Notes: generated by a model not told the origin, from the sequence alone. Shown: positions 1 through 12,916, counted from the whole stretch's first letter. The stretch is 61,949 nt of DNA, filler included, from Choristocarpus tenellus KU-1152 (GCA_964200185.2; 11 parts of 11 records of this genome joined end to end with filler, not necessarily neighbours in it); one strand, 5' to 3'. Made by a program: numbers and translations.

Positions 1-463
1 CCCCTGATATGCTGAGCCTTCATGAACTAAATCCGATAGTGGGAGAAAAATCTTGTCCTCGTGTATGGGCTGACATGTTCAATTCTAGTGCGTCTAGGTG
101 TTGCTGGGGCTGAAGTGGTGGACAAACTTCGAAGAGTTGTTGGAATAAGCATGGTATGAAGGAGTGTGGCGAATAAGGATACGGACTATAGAGTTTGGAA
201 AAATTTGTGTGTGCGTGTGTTTGTGTGTGCGAACGGGTGTTCCGGAAAAGGCATTTACACAATGGCGCTTCGGTGTGTATCTTGTTTAGGCAGGGGATTG
301 ATTGTATGAATGTTGTTGCACCAAAATAAATAGGTGTGCAATCTTCGTACCAATGGTGGAAGGAGTGTAGTATATAACAAGGTCAATTAACAAATCTGGG
401 TGAAGTGGTGTTATGCACACATCTTGTGGCATGCATGATGATATGTGTGTACTATCGTGTTAA

Positions 464-656
464 GAGTGAAGGTACCTCAGGGGGTACGAGTTTTGCCCTG
501 TTTGTCCGTTTGGGGCTTGGATTCCCACGTGTTTTTCATGATATTTTCTTGCTCCGAAATGTTTCGGAGTAGGTAAAATGCATACACTATGAAAAGGTGT
601 GTCCGGAACAAGGATATTGACACTTCCTAACAAACGTGATAGCCAAAATTTCATCA
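464..656 (+). mobile_element. MITE family A, 3'-truncated copy
   Basis: Starts GAGTGAAGGTACCTCAGGGGGTA and aligns by eye to the full copies at 29975, 52509 and 53281 (shared GTCCGGAACAAGGATATTGACACTTCC). Lacks the right TIR and abuts a copia RNase H fragment. Confidence 0.9.
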
Positions 657-952
657 TGCGTCACTGCATTTTCCTTCAAGGCATTCTGGGGGAGATTGAC
701 ATATTACAGAAACAGATTCCCTGGTTCTGTGATAATCGTGGTGCTATTCAAGCGAGCAGCATCACAGGATTCAATGGAAGGACCAAGCATGTGGACATGA
801 AATTAAAATGTACAAGAGAGTATGTAAATCAAGGAATATTTCATATAGAATATGTTCCAACATCAAGACAATTAGCTGACATTTTGACTAAGTCTTTGCG
901 GAAGAGTCTTACTTCTGATTTTGTGCATTCTGTACTTTCGCATCTAGTGTGA
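657..952 (+). pseudogene. Ty1/copia pol C-terminus (RNase H) fragment
   Basis: WFCDNRGAI...RTKHVDMKLKCTRE...IEYVPTSRQLADILTKSL matches the canonical copia RNase H motifs (DN..A, RTKHID, ADILTK). The first ~19 residues of ORF 599..952 derive from the MITE. Confidence 0.9.
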
Positions 953-982
953 GCTTTTTCAGCAACTTTGCTGCACGCTCAT

Positions 983-1173
983 GAGGGAGTGTGCAATATA
1001 GACTAATAGTCTATATCGTTTATAGTATAAAAGTGAATGAAGTAATGTAACTTGAACTTATAAGCGACGGACGTAGTGTAACTTGAACTTATAAGTGACT
1101 GACGTAGTGTAACTATCACAAACATGTTTAAACATATCTCTGATGTGTTTGATGTCGAATGAATTAGATAACA
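983..1173 (+). mobile_element. Polypurine tract and probable 3' LTR of the copia element
   Basis: GAGGGAG (983-989) followed by TG just after the pol stop. AT-rich, with an internal 31-bp tandem duplication (TGTAACTTGAACTTATAAGYGACKGACGTAG x2). Right end uncertain (CA at ~1120 or ~1173). Confidence 0.55.
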
Positions 1174-1256
1174 ATGGAGAGCACCACCCCCCATCTTGAG
1201 GATAGTGCTCACTCTGCTAATAAACATATCCATACCACACAAAGCAAATACTCTAC

Positions 1257-2524
1257 TTGAGTAGCTCTCTTTTGCATAACGAGTGTGCCAGGACAAAAAC
1301 TGTGCCTCGTGGATGGCTTCAGGACCTGATGAAACTGCATGCTTGGGGAATGGACTCCGATCATGTAAGAACTGTTGAACAAAGTAGCAGCGTTGCACGC
1401 CCATCATCAATACCAGAAGCGAGTCGTTTCAGGTTTTCCGCTTCGGAAATACCATCTGGTCTTGTCATTACAGGTTCGGGAGAGGAAAATTTACCACTCT
1501 TGTTTTCCAAATGGCATGTGGCGATTTCCTTGCACTCTAGACAGTATGGTACCGCATACCCTGAGACAATCAATGCTCGATGTGTAGAATATTTACCGAA
1601 AATTCTTCAAGGGCCAGCTGAAACCTTATACTTTCAAGCGTTGGCAGGCACAGTAGAGTGGCGTTCAACTAGTGATCTGGCTCGGTTGCAGTAGTCTCTT
1701 GACATTCCCATCCCTAATACACCACCTAAGACATGGGATGATGTCCAGAAAGCCCTGATCACTGCGTTTACTCCTGCCCATGACATAAGTGTATCAGCTC
1801 GTCGACTAACATCCCTGAAACAGGGGGAGAATGAATCTGTTGATCAGTATACTTTACGTTGCACCACTGCAATGAATCATTTTTTGAATGATGTTCATCG
1901 CACAACGTCGTCCTCAGATGCAGTTGACACAAAAGCTTTGCTTGTCGAGCAACTGAAGATTACGCTGATGGAAGATGTCTTACTCCCTGCGATTCGTCTT
2001 GAACAGATTCGGGACGAACCTGCCACCTCGTTTGCACAAGCTCGTGACCGTGCCAAACGGCATGAAGCCAACCATTTGTCTGACCATAACCCCAACCCCA
2101 TGACTTCCACAAGTGCTGTTACTCACAATTCTCGTCGTGGAGAGGTTCCTCGCAGCAAACTTGAGCAATCCCAACGTGAGTGCCAAAGGCTACGTACGGA
2201 GGTGGAACGTCACCGAGCAGGGGAGACAACCCTCAACAGGCCCCAGCTCGGTCGTCGGCGGGTCCACCTCCCTCAGCCGTGCACTTTGACAGACCAACAC
2301 GACCTCAAGACACTTCGCCCTACTCAGCCTCACCGTCCAGCTTGACGTACACCATGGATCAGCAAAATAGTGTGTTCCAGTACCCGGGTTGTCAGGCAGC
2401 GACTCGTGAGGGTCACACAACCCAGTCGTGCCTGGACAATCCGCGGGGTGCTCGTTTGCCATACTTGCGTCGAAGAGGCAGGGGTCGTGGCAGTCGTGTT
2501 CGTGTTCGTGAGGACTATGTTTAA
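1257..2524 (+). pseudogene. Ty3/gypsy-type gag relic
   Basis: ORFs 1257..1694 and 1872..2345 share one frame broken by a single TAG (1692-1694). Read-through gives TWDDVQKALITAF...RLTSLKQGENESVDQY (retrotransposon gag motif). A degenerate Zn-knuckle and RG-rich tail lie in ORF 2180..2524. Confidence 0.75.
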
Positions 2525-2979
2525 TTGATTATTGTTCCTACTCCACCAGAGCTGTGTCTACTTGTTTCTTGGGCACTGTCCTTAAGAATGGCTGACTGAA
2601 GATGATATAGACCAAGTGTTGCGTCTTGTTTTTTTATTTTAATGGTAGTTAACTTTTGTTTTCGTGTTCTTTTCATGTTTTTGCAGTATTCAGAGATATT
2701 TTTGTAGTATGTCTTACATTAGTGGTACTGTTCTCTTTGAAATTTGATATTGTTTAGAGCTTGAGGGCTATGTTTTTGGGATTGGATTTTATCAATGTAA
2801 GATTTCATGTCAAAAAGCATGTTTGGGTTTGGATTATGTACAGATGCCCATCGTATAGATTTTGATCTTGGTTGTTTAAAACATTGATTTCTTATATTTA
2901 AGGTTTGTTTTGCTCACGAACTCCGGATTACTATTATTATTTGCTCATTCCTAATTTGCCATTCCTCTATTCTCTAATC

Positions 2980-3146
2980 CCCATTTGATAGCCAACCATT
3001 GCGACTGCCCTTCGTCACTGATTGCCAGTCATCCCACATTTGATGACCAACCAGTGCGAGTGCCCTTCGTCACTGATTGCCAGCCATCCCCTACATTCGA
3101 TGACCAAACAGTGCGAATGCCCTTCGTCACTGCTTGCCATCCATCC
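2980..3146. repeat. Minisatellite, ~55-57 bp x3
   Basis: Three copies of CATTTGATGACCAACCAGTGCGAGTGCCCTTCGTCACTGATTGCCAGYCATCC with substitutions. Confidence 0.9.
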
Positions 3147-3479
3147 TTTCAACCTACACAAGTTACCACTCCCCTCAACCCCACAGCAGTTCTCACATCA
3201 CTCAACACCATTCCACAATCATCCAAGAACACCCCTTCATGATCCACTTCAAACCGTGCCTTTGAGCTAGAAGACATCTACCCCGCCGTAACTTGACCTC
3301 CCCTCCCCTTTCGGGGTTGATTTCTTCTATCTCATCCCCGTTAACTCCTGACTTGGTTGTACCCAATCCTTCCTACTCTCTGCTAAGCCCTTTGACACTG
3401 ACACTGGGTCCTTCTGGTTTGCCCTTTACATATATCATAAAAGCCCTCGACTTCCATCTTAATCATCTCTGAAAGTCCT

Positions 3480-3588
3480 CGACTAGAGGCCAAAATATGT
3501 ACACTTAAAAACCATATTCCATAGTATACATTTCTTCTCTTGTGTTTGATAAATAGAAAAGGACTAGGACTAGGACTACGACTAGAGG
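3480..3588 (+). mobile_element. 89-bp insertion with (GGACTA)3 tail flanked by a 10-bp direct repeat
   Basis: CGACTAGAGG at 3480-3489 and 3579-3588. The insert ends AAATAGAAAA(GGACTA)3. Confidence 0.5.
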
Positions 3589-4134
3589 TATGAACATGCC
3601 AGCGGGTTAGATGGGATATAGACCCTACATCTCACACCTTGTCCAGACAAGATGGCGTTGTAGGTTCATCATTGCTGCCCAGAAACATGAGCCTTCCCAC
3701 ACGAACAGCCACCTTCTGCAGGATTGCAAAAGTAGCGTCTTCATCACTCCCAACAGATGCATAGATGAACTTGGCCATGTTGTCAAACCCCTGCGGGAGG
3801 TGGGGCCAGAAGAAAGGCGTGTGAGGGTGGCGTAGTATTCGTGGGTGGGACCAACATACATACAAGAGTTGCACAGAAGGGAATGCCCAAGGACCAGGAT
3901 GAATGTATTGTGACAGAGAAGGCGATGGACAAGGGACTTTTTGTTTGAGAAAATGAGGAACGTCAAAGGGGAAGAGGAGTTAAGGGTTAGAGCGTTGCAT
4001 GCGGTGTTCACGTTCAGGCTGAAGCACCCCCATGGATATAGAAAAAAGAAAGGCATTTATGTTGCTTACCACCCATGTGAGTCAGTTACACATCATCGTA
4101 GAAAGATTGAGTAACATCTAAGAATGAATCATAT

Positions 4135-4160
4135 GACCCAAAGTATCTGGGGGGGGGGAG
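4135..4160. mobile_element. MITE family B terminus at contig end
   Basis: GACCCAAAGTATCTG(G)n. The same terminus family is at 4346-4360 (reverse), 28401-28420, 33371-33436, 54818-54855 (reverse) and both ends of 37720-37900. Confidence 0.7.
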
Positions 4161-4260
4161 NNNNNNNNNNNNNNNNNNNNNNNNNNNNNNNNNNNNNNNN
4201 NNNNTTAATTAATTAANNNNNNNNNNNNNNNNNNNNNNNNNNNNNNNNNNNNNNNNNNNN
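4161..4260. other. Artificial contig linker (N44-TTAATTAATTAA-N44)
   Basis: Exactly 100 bp with six-frame stop codons. Identical linkers at 13062-13161, 19053-19152, 23507-23606, 28421-28520, 33437-33536, 44911-45010, 51545-51644, 54718-54817 and 57748-57847. Confidence 0.98.
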
Positions 4261-6130
4261 GGGGGGAATAGAGAAGGCCCCTTTCCCTTCCCCCCCCCCA
4301 AACAACACTTTTGTGGGGCCCCCCCCCCCCCCCCCCCCCCCCCTTCAGATACTTTGGGTCGATGATCACATGTACACTAAGTATGCTTGTACCGCAGAGT
4401 ACCATACTGGACTGGGGTAAGGTGGGGCTCTAAACATTTGCAGCACAGACAAACACAGTGGAAAAGCGCAGTGCCACGATCAAAATGATCCCAAGAAAGA
4501 CGCACACTGTTTCGTAACTGTAAGCTTGGAGCCAAGGTTCGAGGATTCCTACAGTGAACTGTGACAATACTTCAAGGTACAACAAGTGAATTATTCTCTT
4601 AGTAGAAGCAACTCCAATAACTAGTTAATAGTATCGCCCATTCATCACTGTACATGGATCTAGCTCCTATGCAAAAATGTGTGACAGTATGGGGTGGAGT
4701 TAAACACTCTACAATGATTTGGCCGAGGTGGCATTCACTACAGTATGGAGCAGTATGGGTCTGGAATTCAACTGGATGGTACAGCAGACACTCCCTCAGC
4801 ATCTAGCATCTTGCTTGTGTGAGTTTCTGCAATTTCATTCTACAAGAGATTCGCGACAGTTTCACAGGGAGACCAAAGCATTTGAAGGGCTTGCACACGA
4901 CAACCTGCCGTGGTTTCTCGTGGAAGCAAGGATGACAATCTTTTTGATGAGTGCTTCAGCACTGATATGATTGCACACCATTCAAAAGACTCTGCACACT
5001 GAATGTTTGCCTTTGTGTAGGGCAGGCAGAACCTTCACATTGCACTTCTAATATGCTTGAGCTATGCGGTACACCACCACATACATTGACCACCCTTAGT
5101 TCTAGAATGAAATGCAAGTAATGAACAATACTACACAATCACAACCTTGCCTCTAATTTTTTTTCCGGTTGTCTTAGCTGCATGGAATTTCAGTTCAATT
5201 TAGGAATCTTTGTGTAAGCCTGAACCAACAGTACCTTCAACACCAGATATCTATGCAAACTGATGTACAATAAAAGAAAAAATACTTATTTTTCTGTTGT
5301 GCACATGGTGACATCAGATTCAAACCACAAAATATAGCATGATGTGTATACAGTAAGGATAAGGGTATCCTGGCTACTCACAAGTGAAGCTTCCACCTCT
5401 AAGGAAAGAGTATCTCTTTGCTATGGGGATACCTTGACGGGCAACAACCTAGGACCCAATATATACTATCAAAGTAGTAAATTCTGAGGATATTGTTTCC
5501 ACAAAAAATGGATTCTGTATATTATTTAATACAGAGCTCCACTGAAGTGGTGTTTTTTCTCAATTCCAATGCAACATGATTGCCTTGTACTCCTTAATAA
5601 TGTGCAATGACCTGAACACATTTCATATGTTGAAATTATATTGTTATTGCATGCAACTGGTCTGCAAGATCCATCCTATTTATACTATAATAATCAATTC
5701 AAAACTGGGTTGATAAAAAATAATGTACACCTGTACTCCGTAGCCACCCATTCCCCCCTGAACCCAGGAACACACTCTACAGTGCAGATCAACCAAGAGA
5801 AGGGATAGACAATTTCAGGCAGTCGGGTGAAACCAGAAAAAACGTGCACATTACGATGCATCTTCCATTGAAAGTGTAACAGCCATCAAGCGCCTAAGGG
5901 TGACAACAAAAAGTGCATTTGGTTCATCTTAGGAGAACACTCGTTTACCAAGATACAGAGACCTAGCAGAACATGAAACGTTTACATACAGTAATTTCAG
6001 CAAGCATCTCACCCCACCATGTATTGCACCACATCAGAATTCATCCTCTGTGCTTTTGTTGTCTGGAAATTCTAGAGTTTCAATAATCGCAAACATAGTT
6101 GACTTGAACTTTTCCAGACAGAGCCCTCAC

Positions 6131-7253
6131 CTCCTCCTTGCCCTCCACTGTAGAGAGGTCCAACCACTCCCCAGTGGTCTGGTGGTACCCGAAAACAGCA
6201 AGCGGTACACTGATCACCCAGAAACCAAGTTCCGTTGCTCCGTATGCCACTGCCCCAGCCACGCCTGCAGACTTGATCTTCTGCTTCAAATCCACTTCTG
6301 GCTCCCCTGGGGCGGCTTTCACTCCCCAGGCTACGAGGGCCTTATCCAGCGCCTAGTTTTATACGGGAGATGCGTTAAGTTCCGGAGGTGATGAGAGTGC
6401 AGTGGGTGGAGAGTCGGAGTATTATAGGCCAAGGAAGGGAACATGCTTGAGTCATAGGCTACCTGTCAGGTACGTCAACCTATGTGGGTGTGTTGGGATT
6501 CTCCATAATTCTGTGCATACTTGATATCATTCCCACTCTGAACTGTAGCCCACTGCAGGGCGGACATCGAGGGAATAAAGGGTAGAGCTGGGGGGTCGAT
6601 GATAAGACGCCTCAATCCACCTGTTCGTTGACCTGATCCCGAGAAGCATGAGGATTCTTGCATTTACTGTTAAAGGATCGCCTCACAGTTCACTACAATC
6701 AATCGGAGCAGCGAAGGCTAATATACTCCTAGAATATTTTTCGTTGCTTCTGACAAACAATTTCAACTATGAATTTCATTTCACTCGTTCTTTCTCGCCA
6801 GTCTCAGAATTCCCATTACAAGGTCCAACAGCGTCGTGGTCCATCCTCTGAAACGAAACTCACGTTCATCTCTTCACCTCCATTGCCTTCCACCATCCTC
6901 ATCTCCCGTGCCGGAGGAGAAGGGAGAGAGATAAAGCGACCAGTGCGAATAGCTCCTGGTGTTGTTCCTTTCGTGATCGGGTTGAGGTGTGTACAATGGT
7001 AGGATGGCGGTCAAAAAGAGGAGGGTAATAATGAAGAACTAGTTAAGTACAGGAGCTTCATCGTTAAAAAAGGTAGGCTGAGATATTGAGAATAGAATTC
7101 ATCATCTTGACATGAACCAAACAAGTTTCCTAGGAGAAAATGAATGAAAGTCTCTTCCTCACCGACACGAACGGATGTAGGAGAGATGAAGGCCGAACTA
7201 CAACTCAACGCTGCGAGACCGACAAGTAGTCGCACCATTCCTAAGCGTGCCAT
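6131..7253 (-). CDS. Uncharacterised plastid-targeted membrane protein, exons 1-3 (3' end not identified)
   Basis: Phase-compatible GT-AG exons 7253-7163, 6955-6864 and 6352-6131. They give MARLGMVRLLVGLAALSCSSA/FISP (signal peptide plus Phe, a bipartite plastid presequence), then KIKSAGVAGAVAYGATELGFWVISVPLAVFGYHQTTGEWLDLS (hydrophobic segment). Confidence 0.8.
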
Positions 7254-7411
7254 GGGTCCCTCTTAAACCTTACCACTGAAATGTGTCACAAAGTTAAGAC
7301 TTCACTGAAATGTGTACGCCAACACCAAGGAAAAGACAGCCTCAAACGCGCTTTCTACTCACTTGTCTTGTTCAAGAGAATAACATACACACATACTCAT
7401 GAACAGATCTC

Positions 7412-7534
7412 ACGTCATTGGGTAATGATGACGTTCAGATGGCGAGAGACCGCGCGTTGACCCTTTGTATGAAAATATTATTCATAATAGTCTATCAGCG
7501 AGCGAGCGCGCGACGACCGACGTACACCTGACGT
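7412..7534. promoter_or_regulatory. Cluster of three TGACGT (bZIP/aureochrome-type) boxes upstream of the plastid-protein gene
   Basis: ACGTCA at 7412-7417, TGACGT at 7429-7434 and 7529-7534, 160-280 bp upstream of the ATG at 7253. Confidence 0.4.
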
Positions 7535-8018
7535 ATGTGTTCCTTTCTTCTTACCTACTAGTAGAAATACAGGATTCACACATCCGACCAATACTATCAT
7601 TGGTACCAAGTAGTTGGGGTGGGGTTAGTAAAGAGGGAGGTCTACAACAGATTGTTGTTTCAGTCACGAAACACAATTCAACTGGCAATCTTTAGACGTG
7701 TCATCCCCACCTTCAAGAGAGAGAAACAGGGTGGGGGAAAGGGGTTTAAACGGGCTGGTGGGACTCTTCCCTACTTTCTAGACCGCCTTCAAATAGGGAT
7801 GTAATAGATCGTGGGTGAATTGTGTGAGAAAGTAACAGACTGGATATTTCGACAGTAGCTGTGCAAAGCGAATAGAGGGTCGTGCAGACTGCGTAATTGC
7901 AAAGAAACTCTGTGGAAGTACATTATTAAAGGTTCTTTTTGTAGTTACTCTTGATCTATCCAAGGATTTCGGCAACGGTTTGCATAAGGTCGAAAATATG
8001 TTTGCTTTCTTTCTGTCT

Positions 8019-8056
<38 letters not shown>

Positions 8057-9967
8057 CAACAATGAATGGTGTGTGGTGTGGCGAGACACTTTTCGAGTTG
8101 ACGAATTTGTTAAGGTTAGGGAGGAAAATTGGAAGTTACTTAACACAATAATCAAGTTGTGAGGTCACACATTTATTCCTATTTCGTTTTCTCCCAACAT
8201 CATACTCCAGAGTAGGTTGATTACAACGTTACAACAACAGTAGTTTCCATTTTGCTTTCCTCACGAATTCTGGATTAATTAGTTAGCCTCGTCTTGGCCT
8301 TCCATCCACTATCCTCCTCCTCGACCAATGTCACACCACTTCTTCCAGCCTTTCACCCTCCACATACTATCTTTGATACAACTAGCTCTTTTCCGCATAA
8401 TATCCAGTCATTACGCCGTTTTAGCAGTGAAAAATACTTACACAATTATTGATGAAATGTACTAATATTTTCCCTACTTTTTTCTACATACTCTTTCATG
8501 CCCCACTGACATTAAACATACAAGACAACACAGTGAACACAACAGAGTCTATCATCACGCGATGAAAACCTTCCTATATAGCAGTGGTTATTGCATTTAT
8601 CACACTTTCTTATTACTTTATGCCCACCGACATTTTGGAGATGGTGTTGTGATAAGGAGGGAAGAAGCAACATACAAGTGTAACTATGAAAAAAGGTTCG
8701 TTTAATGATTTTTATATTGTGTGGATTATGTTATTTATTCTGGCGATTTCTTTTTTTAAAAGTCGACATCTTTTCAAAAACAGGCAGCGAATTTCCCAAG
8801 AATATGAAAATCTCAGTACTCAATCACTATTTGATCAAGGCTTTAAATTCATATAATATATATATATATTCACACACAGTCAGTGCATCTCTTGCACAGA
8901 AAAAAAATGGATTGTGGGATGGAACTCAGTGGGTATCGACCCCAGGGTGTGGTCAGGTGATAATATCTCAGACCAGACCACCTGGTTCAGTTATAGAATG
9001 CCTCGGTCAACGTGAAATATTGTTGGGTGGGTCTCGTATTTCAATGTGTTTATTGTAGAAGGTTCTTTAGTTGGGGTATGGATTGATTGCTGGATGCAAC
9101 ACAACATCCCTTACGCAGCCTGCAAGAAGGGAGAGAGCACATAAGCAAGGGGGGTAAATATGTTTGGAGCTTATTGAGGCGATATATAGACCAGAGGCAC
9201 TGGCAACAAACGACGGATATCATCTTGACTAAATTAAGGTGCATATTGAGAACAAGTTTTCAACTATGAATACTACTGTATACTCTCTCACCTGTATCAC
9301 CTATATTAATATATCAAAAGGCAAAGCTGGACTGAAGAGCAAGTCCAGCAGAACAGAAACAGTGTGCATTGTTCCCAACCCATAGTATGGCACTTCTTTG
9401 TATTAGAGCATTGGCTGGAAATCATGCTAATGGCACTGGGAAACGCTCTCCTTCAACACATCAAAGTAATTTGGTATCCTTCTCCAGTTCATTGGACATC
9501 AGATCCATTTGCAGTCACAATGAACACATTCCAGCAGGCTCAGACTCAGACTATCACGGCATCAGAAATTCACACTTTAAGGCTACACATACGATACAGT
9601 ATGGTACTATATTGTGAGTGTGGAATGGTCAACGTCCAAAAGTGCATCTGCTCCACAGCCCTCGAGAAAATCCGACTAGAAAGGCACCATGGTGCACCAC
9701 ATAATATTATTGGAGGCCTTACAAATCTTTTAAGTATGGTCACATTCACAGCCTCACAATTTCTTATAAACCACCATAGGAATCTCCTCTAATTTGATCA
9801 CTACGCCATTAGGTTGTGGGGGGCTCAGCAAATGTTCTAGAAACAAATCAATTTCCCCGAAATTTGGATTACCCTCATGCGCGAACTTGATTCTGACCTA
9901 CCTATTCAGTCATCCCAACCCCTGTCCTCCAACACAGTGAAGTCCTGGTCCCAGTCACACAGAGTAT

Positions 9968-12689
9968 TCAATCTATCACTTCAGCCATATTGGTGTCTAT
10001 GAAGTCCTTGAAAGATGCATACGTAGGAACCCACGAGAGGTCCCTGCGCGATACTGTTGAGTCAAAAACTTTGTTCTTATCTCCTCCCCCTTCTGCCAGA
10101 GTCAAGAAGTTTGGCATGACACGGCCAGCATACATTGGGTGTCTGAGTGCAGCAGCACAGATGTCATACCGAGAGATGGGGGAATCATCTGCCGCTAGGA
10201 AGACACGACCACGGCTTCTAGAAGAGAGGGCAGCCACTACTGCTCCTGCTGCATCCTCATATGCCAAGAGGTTTATGAGTCCACTTGGAGAGGACTGCAC
10301 CTGGAGAAGGTGGGTCAGGATGGGTAGAGGAAAGAGATGGTCAAGAAGTAAAACAGCTGCAGCTGCTCCCAACTCTAGATATTTGAATGGTGCCAAAGAC
10401 TTAGGTGTGTCCTGGTTGAGGTTCGATGTATCATTGCAAAAGATCAGAGTCTTGAAGGCTGTTTCACATACGTTGGCAGCAAATGGACTGGTCAACAGGG
10501 GCTTGGCAAAGCATTTGTGATACTATGTGGTGTTGCACTCAAACTTGCACTTGCACTTGTGTTAGAGGCAAGAATTGAGAAAGGGAAGAGCCTCCACCTT
10601 TTTTTTACTTAGACCACTAAATGTGTATGCCAGACAAAAAATTGATAATAAAATACACGACAGAAAGAGGGGCAATGACTCATTCTCAAGCAGCAATTAC
10701 AACAAATATTCACATCTACTAAAGCTGTGATGCACCACCCTCTGGGGAGGAGGTGGCAAGCACAATGTAGTAAGGATGTCAAGCGAGGAATACACAATGG
10801 TATTTGATACCCTAATTACCTAAAGAGGCATCTCTGTAATTTTAACACAGACCACACTGTAGTACTACGTAGCATCAAGATAATATTGGACTTTGAGTGT
10901 AGTAGGTCGTGATGTACAATACAGAAGAACCACGAGAACACGAAGTTCACAGTAAATCCTAACACTTCAAACGCTCAAATGTTTGTGGGCAAGAGCAGTG
11001 ATGGGTATTAGTGTGTAGGACTTCTTACGGTGGTAGAATAGTATAAAGTCTCTTAGAAGGAAGTACACTATTTAATTCTCCTTTAACTAGAAGAAGTAAT
11101 ACTAAGTTCACTTTGAATGCAAGGAAACACAGATCAGTCAAATGTAGTGCTCTGGAATACTTCACATGTCAGATTGGGCACCCCCCTACACTCAAAATAG
11201 ACTTACCTCTTCCTTGCCAAGCCAGAAATTGTGGGGGCCACGTTCAACACTGTATAGTCCTGCAAGCCTAACAACGGATCCCCCTGCATCTACACAAGTC
11301 GTCTCAGCAGCTTCACAACATAAAGGAGCAGAGCAACAACAGATGAAGGGGAAATGACATTCAGGTCGGTTTCAATGAGCCAGCACAACATGTTACAGTG
11401 TGTGATAAGGATGGCTCTTACACTATGCACAGATTTGGTCTACTGATCTCAACATCATCACATGTCGGCAGGAATAATATAAGCTGTAACGAAGTTTTGG
11501 TGACAGCTTTCCAGAATAGAGTCACTCTATTGGGGATACTGACGTGTCAGTCGTCTATCCCCCCAAAAGGCTAGGTCTTTCCAGTCCTGTAGATTTTACA
11601 GGAAATTCGAGAAAATGATATTTTGCAAGGTCTTCGTTTCATTCATATTTACCTTGTTCTCAAATTTGGTGTGGATAAGAAGGAGTGCAAGTTGCTGCTT
11701 ACCTCGTAATTTGGCTGCACGGGGTGAGTCGGCGATAGGCGATTCTTCATCCACGGTGCCGCCATTGGTCTCCGCATAGATTCCACTAGAGGATGTGAAA
11801 ACAAATGTGCCTGATTGGTCCCATACTTCCGCTGTTGCTGCAGATACCTCACCACTGTAGTTGTCATTGCCTGCCACGGAGTTGAGAAGGAGAGTGAAAA
11901 TTTGACGAGAGGTAGGTGGGTTTGAGGTTCGGATTATCATAGGAATAACGTTATGGACAGATAGGAGGGTACATTACAAGGCGAGAGTATCAAGAACAGC
12001 TTCTCTCCGAGCTTATCCCCACTCAATTGCCTTCATTCACAAACCATACTACCTCACCAGACGGTGCAGCACAGAAGACAACATTTGCAAAACGCTTCCC
12101 TTCTTCCCTCGAACCACGAAGAGTTGGGGATAGACCCGAATTGCGTAGAGCCTCATGCTTGGTGGTGCTCCGTGTCTCAGCGTATATTGTGGCAGACGGG
12201 AATTTCTCCCTCCATTGCTTTCCAATCAATTTGCTGGGGGAGGGGAGGCAGAGGATCCACCCCGCTAGTCGTTAAGGGAAAACAAAACAAAGAGATGATA
12301 CCCTCAATGACCAAGGAGACTGAGTGTATCGAATAGGCCCAGACCAAAAAATGTGGTGCACCTATTCGGTGGACGACAATTAATTCCGCTGAAGCAATCT
12401 CGTACCCAAGATATCCGGCACCCACAATGTAGAGGTCGTTGGAACCTGACATGCCTAATTGAGATCCCGACTGCCCCAATGACTCCGCCAAAGCCCCACC
12501 CCTCCAAGAATAGGTATCCTGTGTGGAACATGACCAACAAAGCCCTGGACCAGGACTATTGCTTGGGTCAATTCTCCATATCGTGCTAGCCTGCAATGGC
12601 GATGGTGAAGCAAATGTCAACAGGGCCCGAGCTTCTTGCGACGTAGCAGCAAGAATAGCACCTGTCGCAATTACTCCCAACCTCGACAT
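9968..12689 (-). CDS. NAD(P)-binding Rossmann-fold protein (atypical SDR/epimerase-like), probably plastid-targeted; complete, 5 exons
   Basis: Phase-compatible GT-AG exons 12689-12406, 12233-12058, 11870-11703, 11310-11207 and 10300-9968. Motifs LYIVGAGYLG (GxGxxG), FVFTSSSGIY, VVRLAGLY..RGPH, LINLLAYEDAA. N-terminal signal peptide. Confidence 0.9.
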
Positions 12690-12857
12690 GTTTCGAACTT
12701 ATAGTGTTTGTAATTCAATTATGCTGTGAAACAAGTGGATAGCCCTGTGGCGGCCTGTAGCTGTCAATGGTAATGTAAGTGACTCATTGAACTTGCTTCA
12801 AACTTCAAAAAGGTCCGCCAGTGGAATCATGGATATATTATTTATTAATTATATTAT

Positions 12858-12916
12858 TATATTATTATGCCCTCTGATATTTTACAGATATGTCAGGGGG
12901 AAACCAATGAAAACTA
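12858..12916 (-). mobile_element. (TAA)n-tailed retroposon 3' end (family T)
   Basis: ATTATTATGCCCTCTGAYATTTTNCAGATRTGWCAGGGG-AAACCAATGAAAACTA. Other copies at 14401-14458, 14553-14610, 26430-26455 (+), 27365-27445 (+), 40021-40110 and 60590-60675, with a degenerate copy at 8618-8646. Confidence 0.65.

Noticed and set aside
1692-1694. Programmed stop read-through in gag
   Set aside because: The element is otherwise frameshifted and lacks pol. A CAG>TAG decay mutation is simpler.
2980-3146. CRISPR-like repeat arrays (also 16746-16957 and 38820-38990)
   Set aside because: Units are contiguous tandem repeats without unique spacers; eukaryotic context and no cas genes.
7239-12689. Neighbouring genes begin MARLG and MSRLG (shared presequence origin?)
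   Set aside because: Similarity does not extend beyond five residues; compatible with chance in signal peptides.
12869-12916. Family T as a hammerhead ribozyme or Penelope pLTR (CTGA...GAAA)
   Set aside because: The core reads CTGACAT or CTGACAC, not CTGANGA, and the three-stem topology is not evident.
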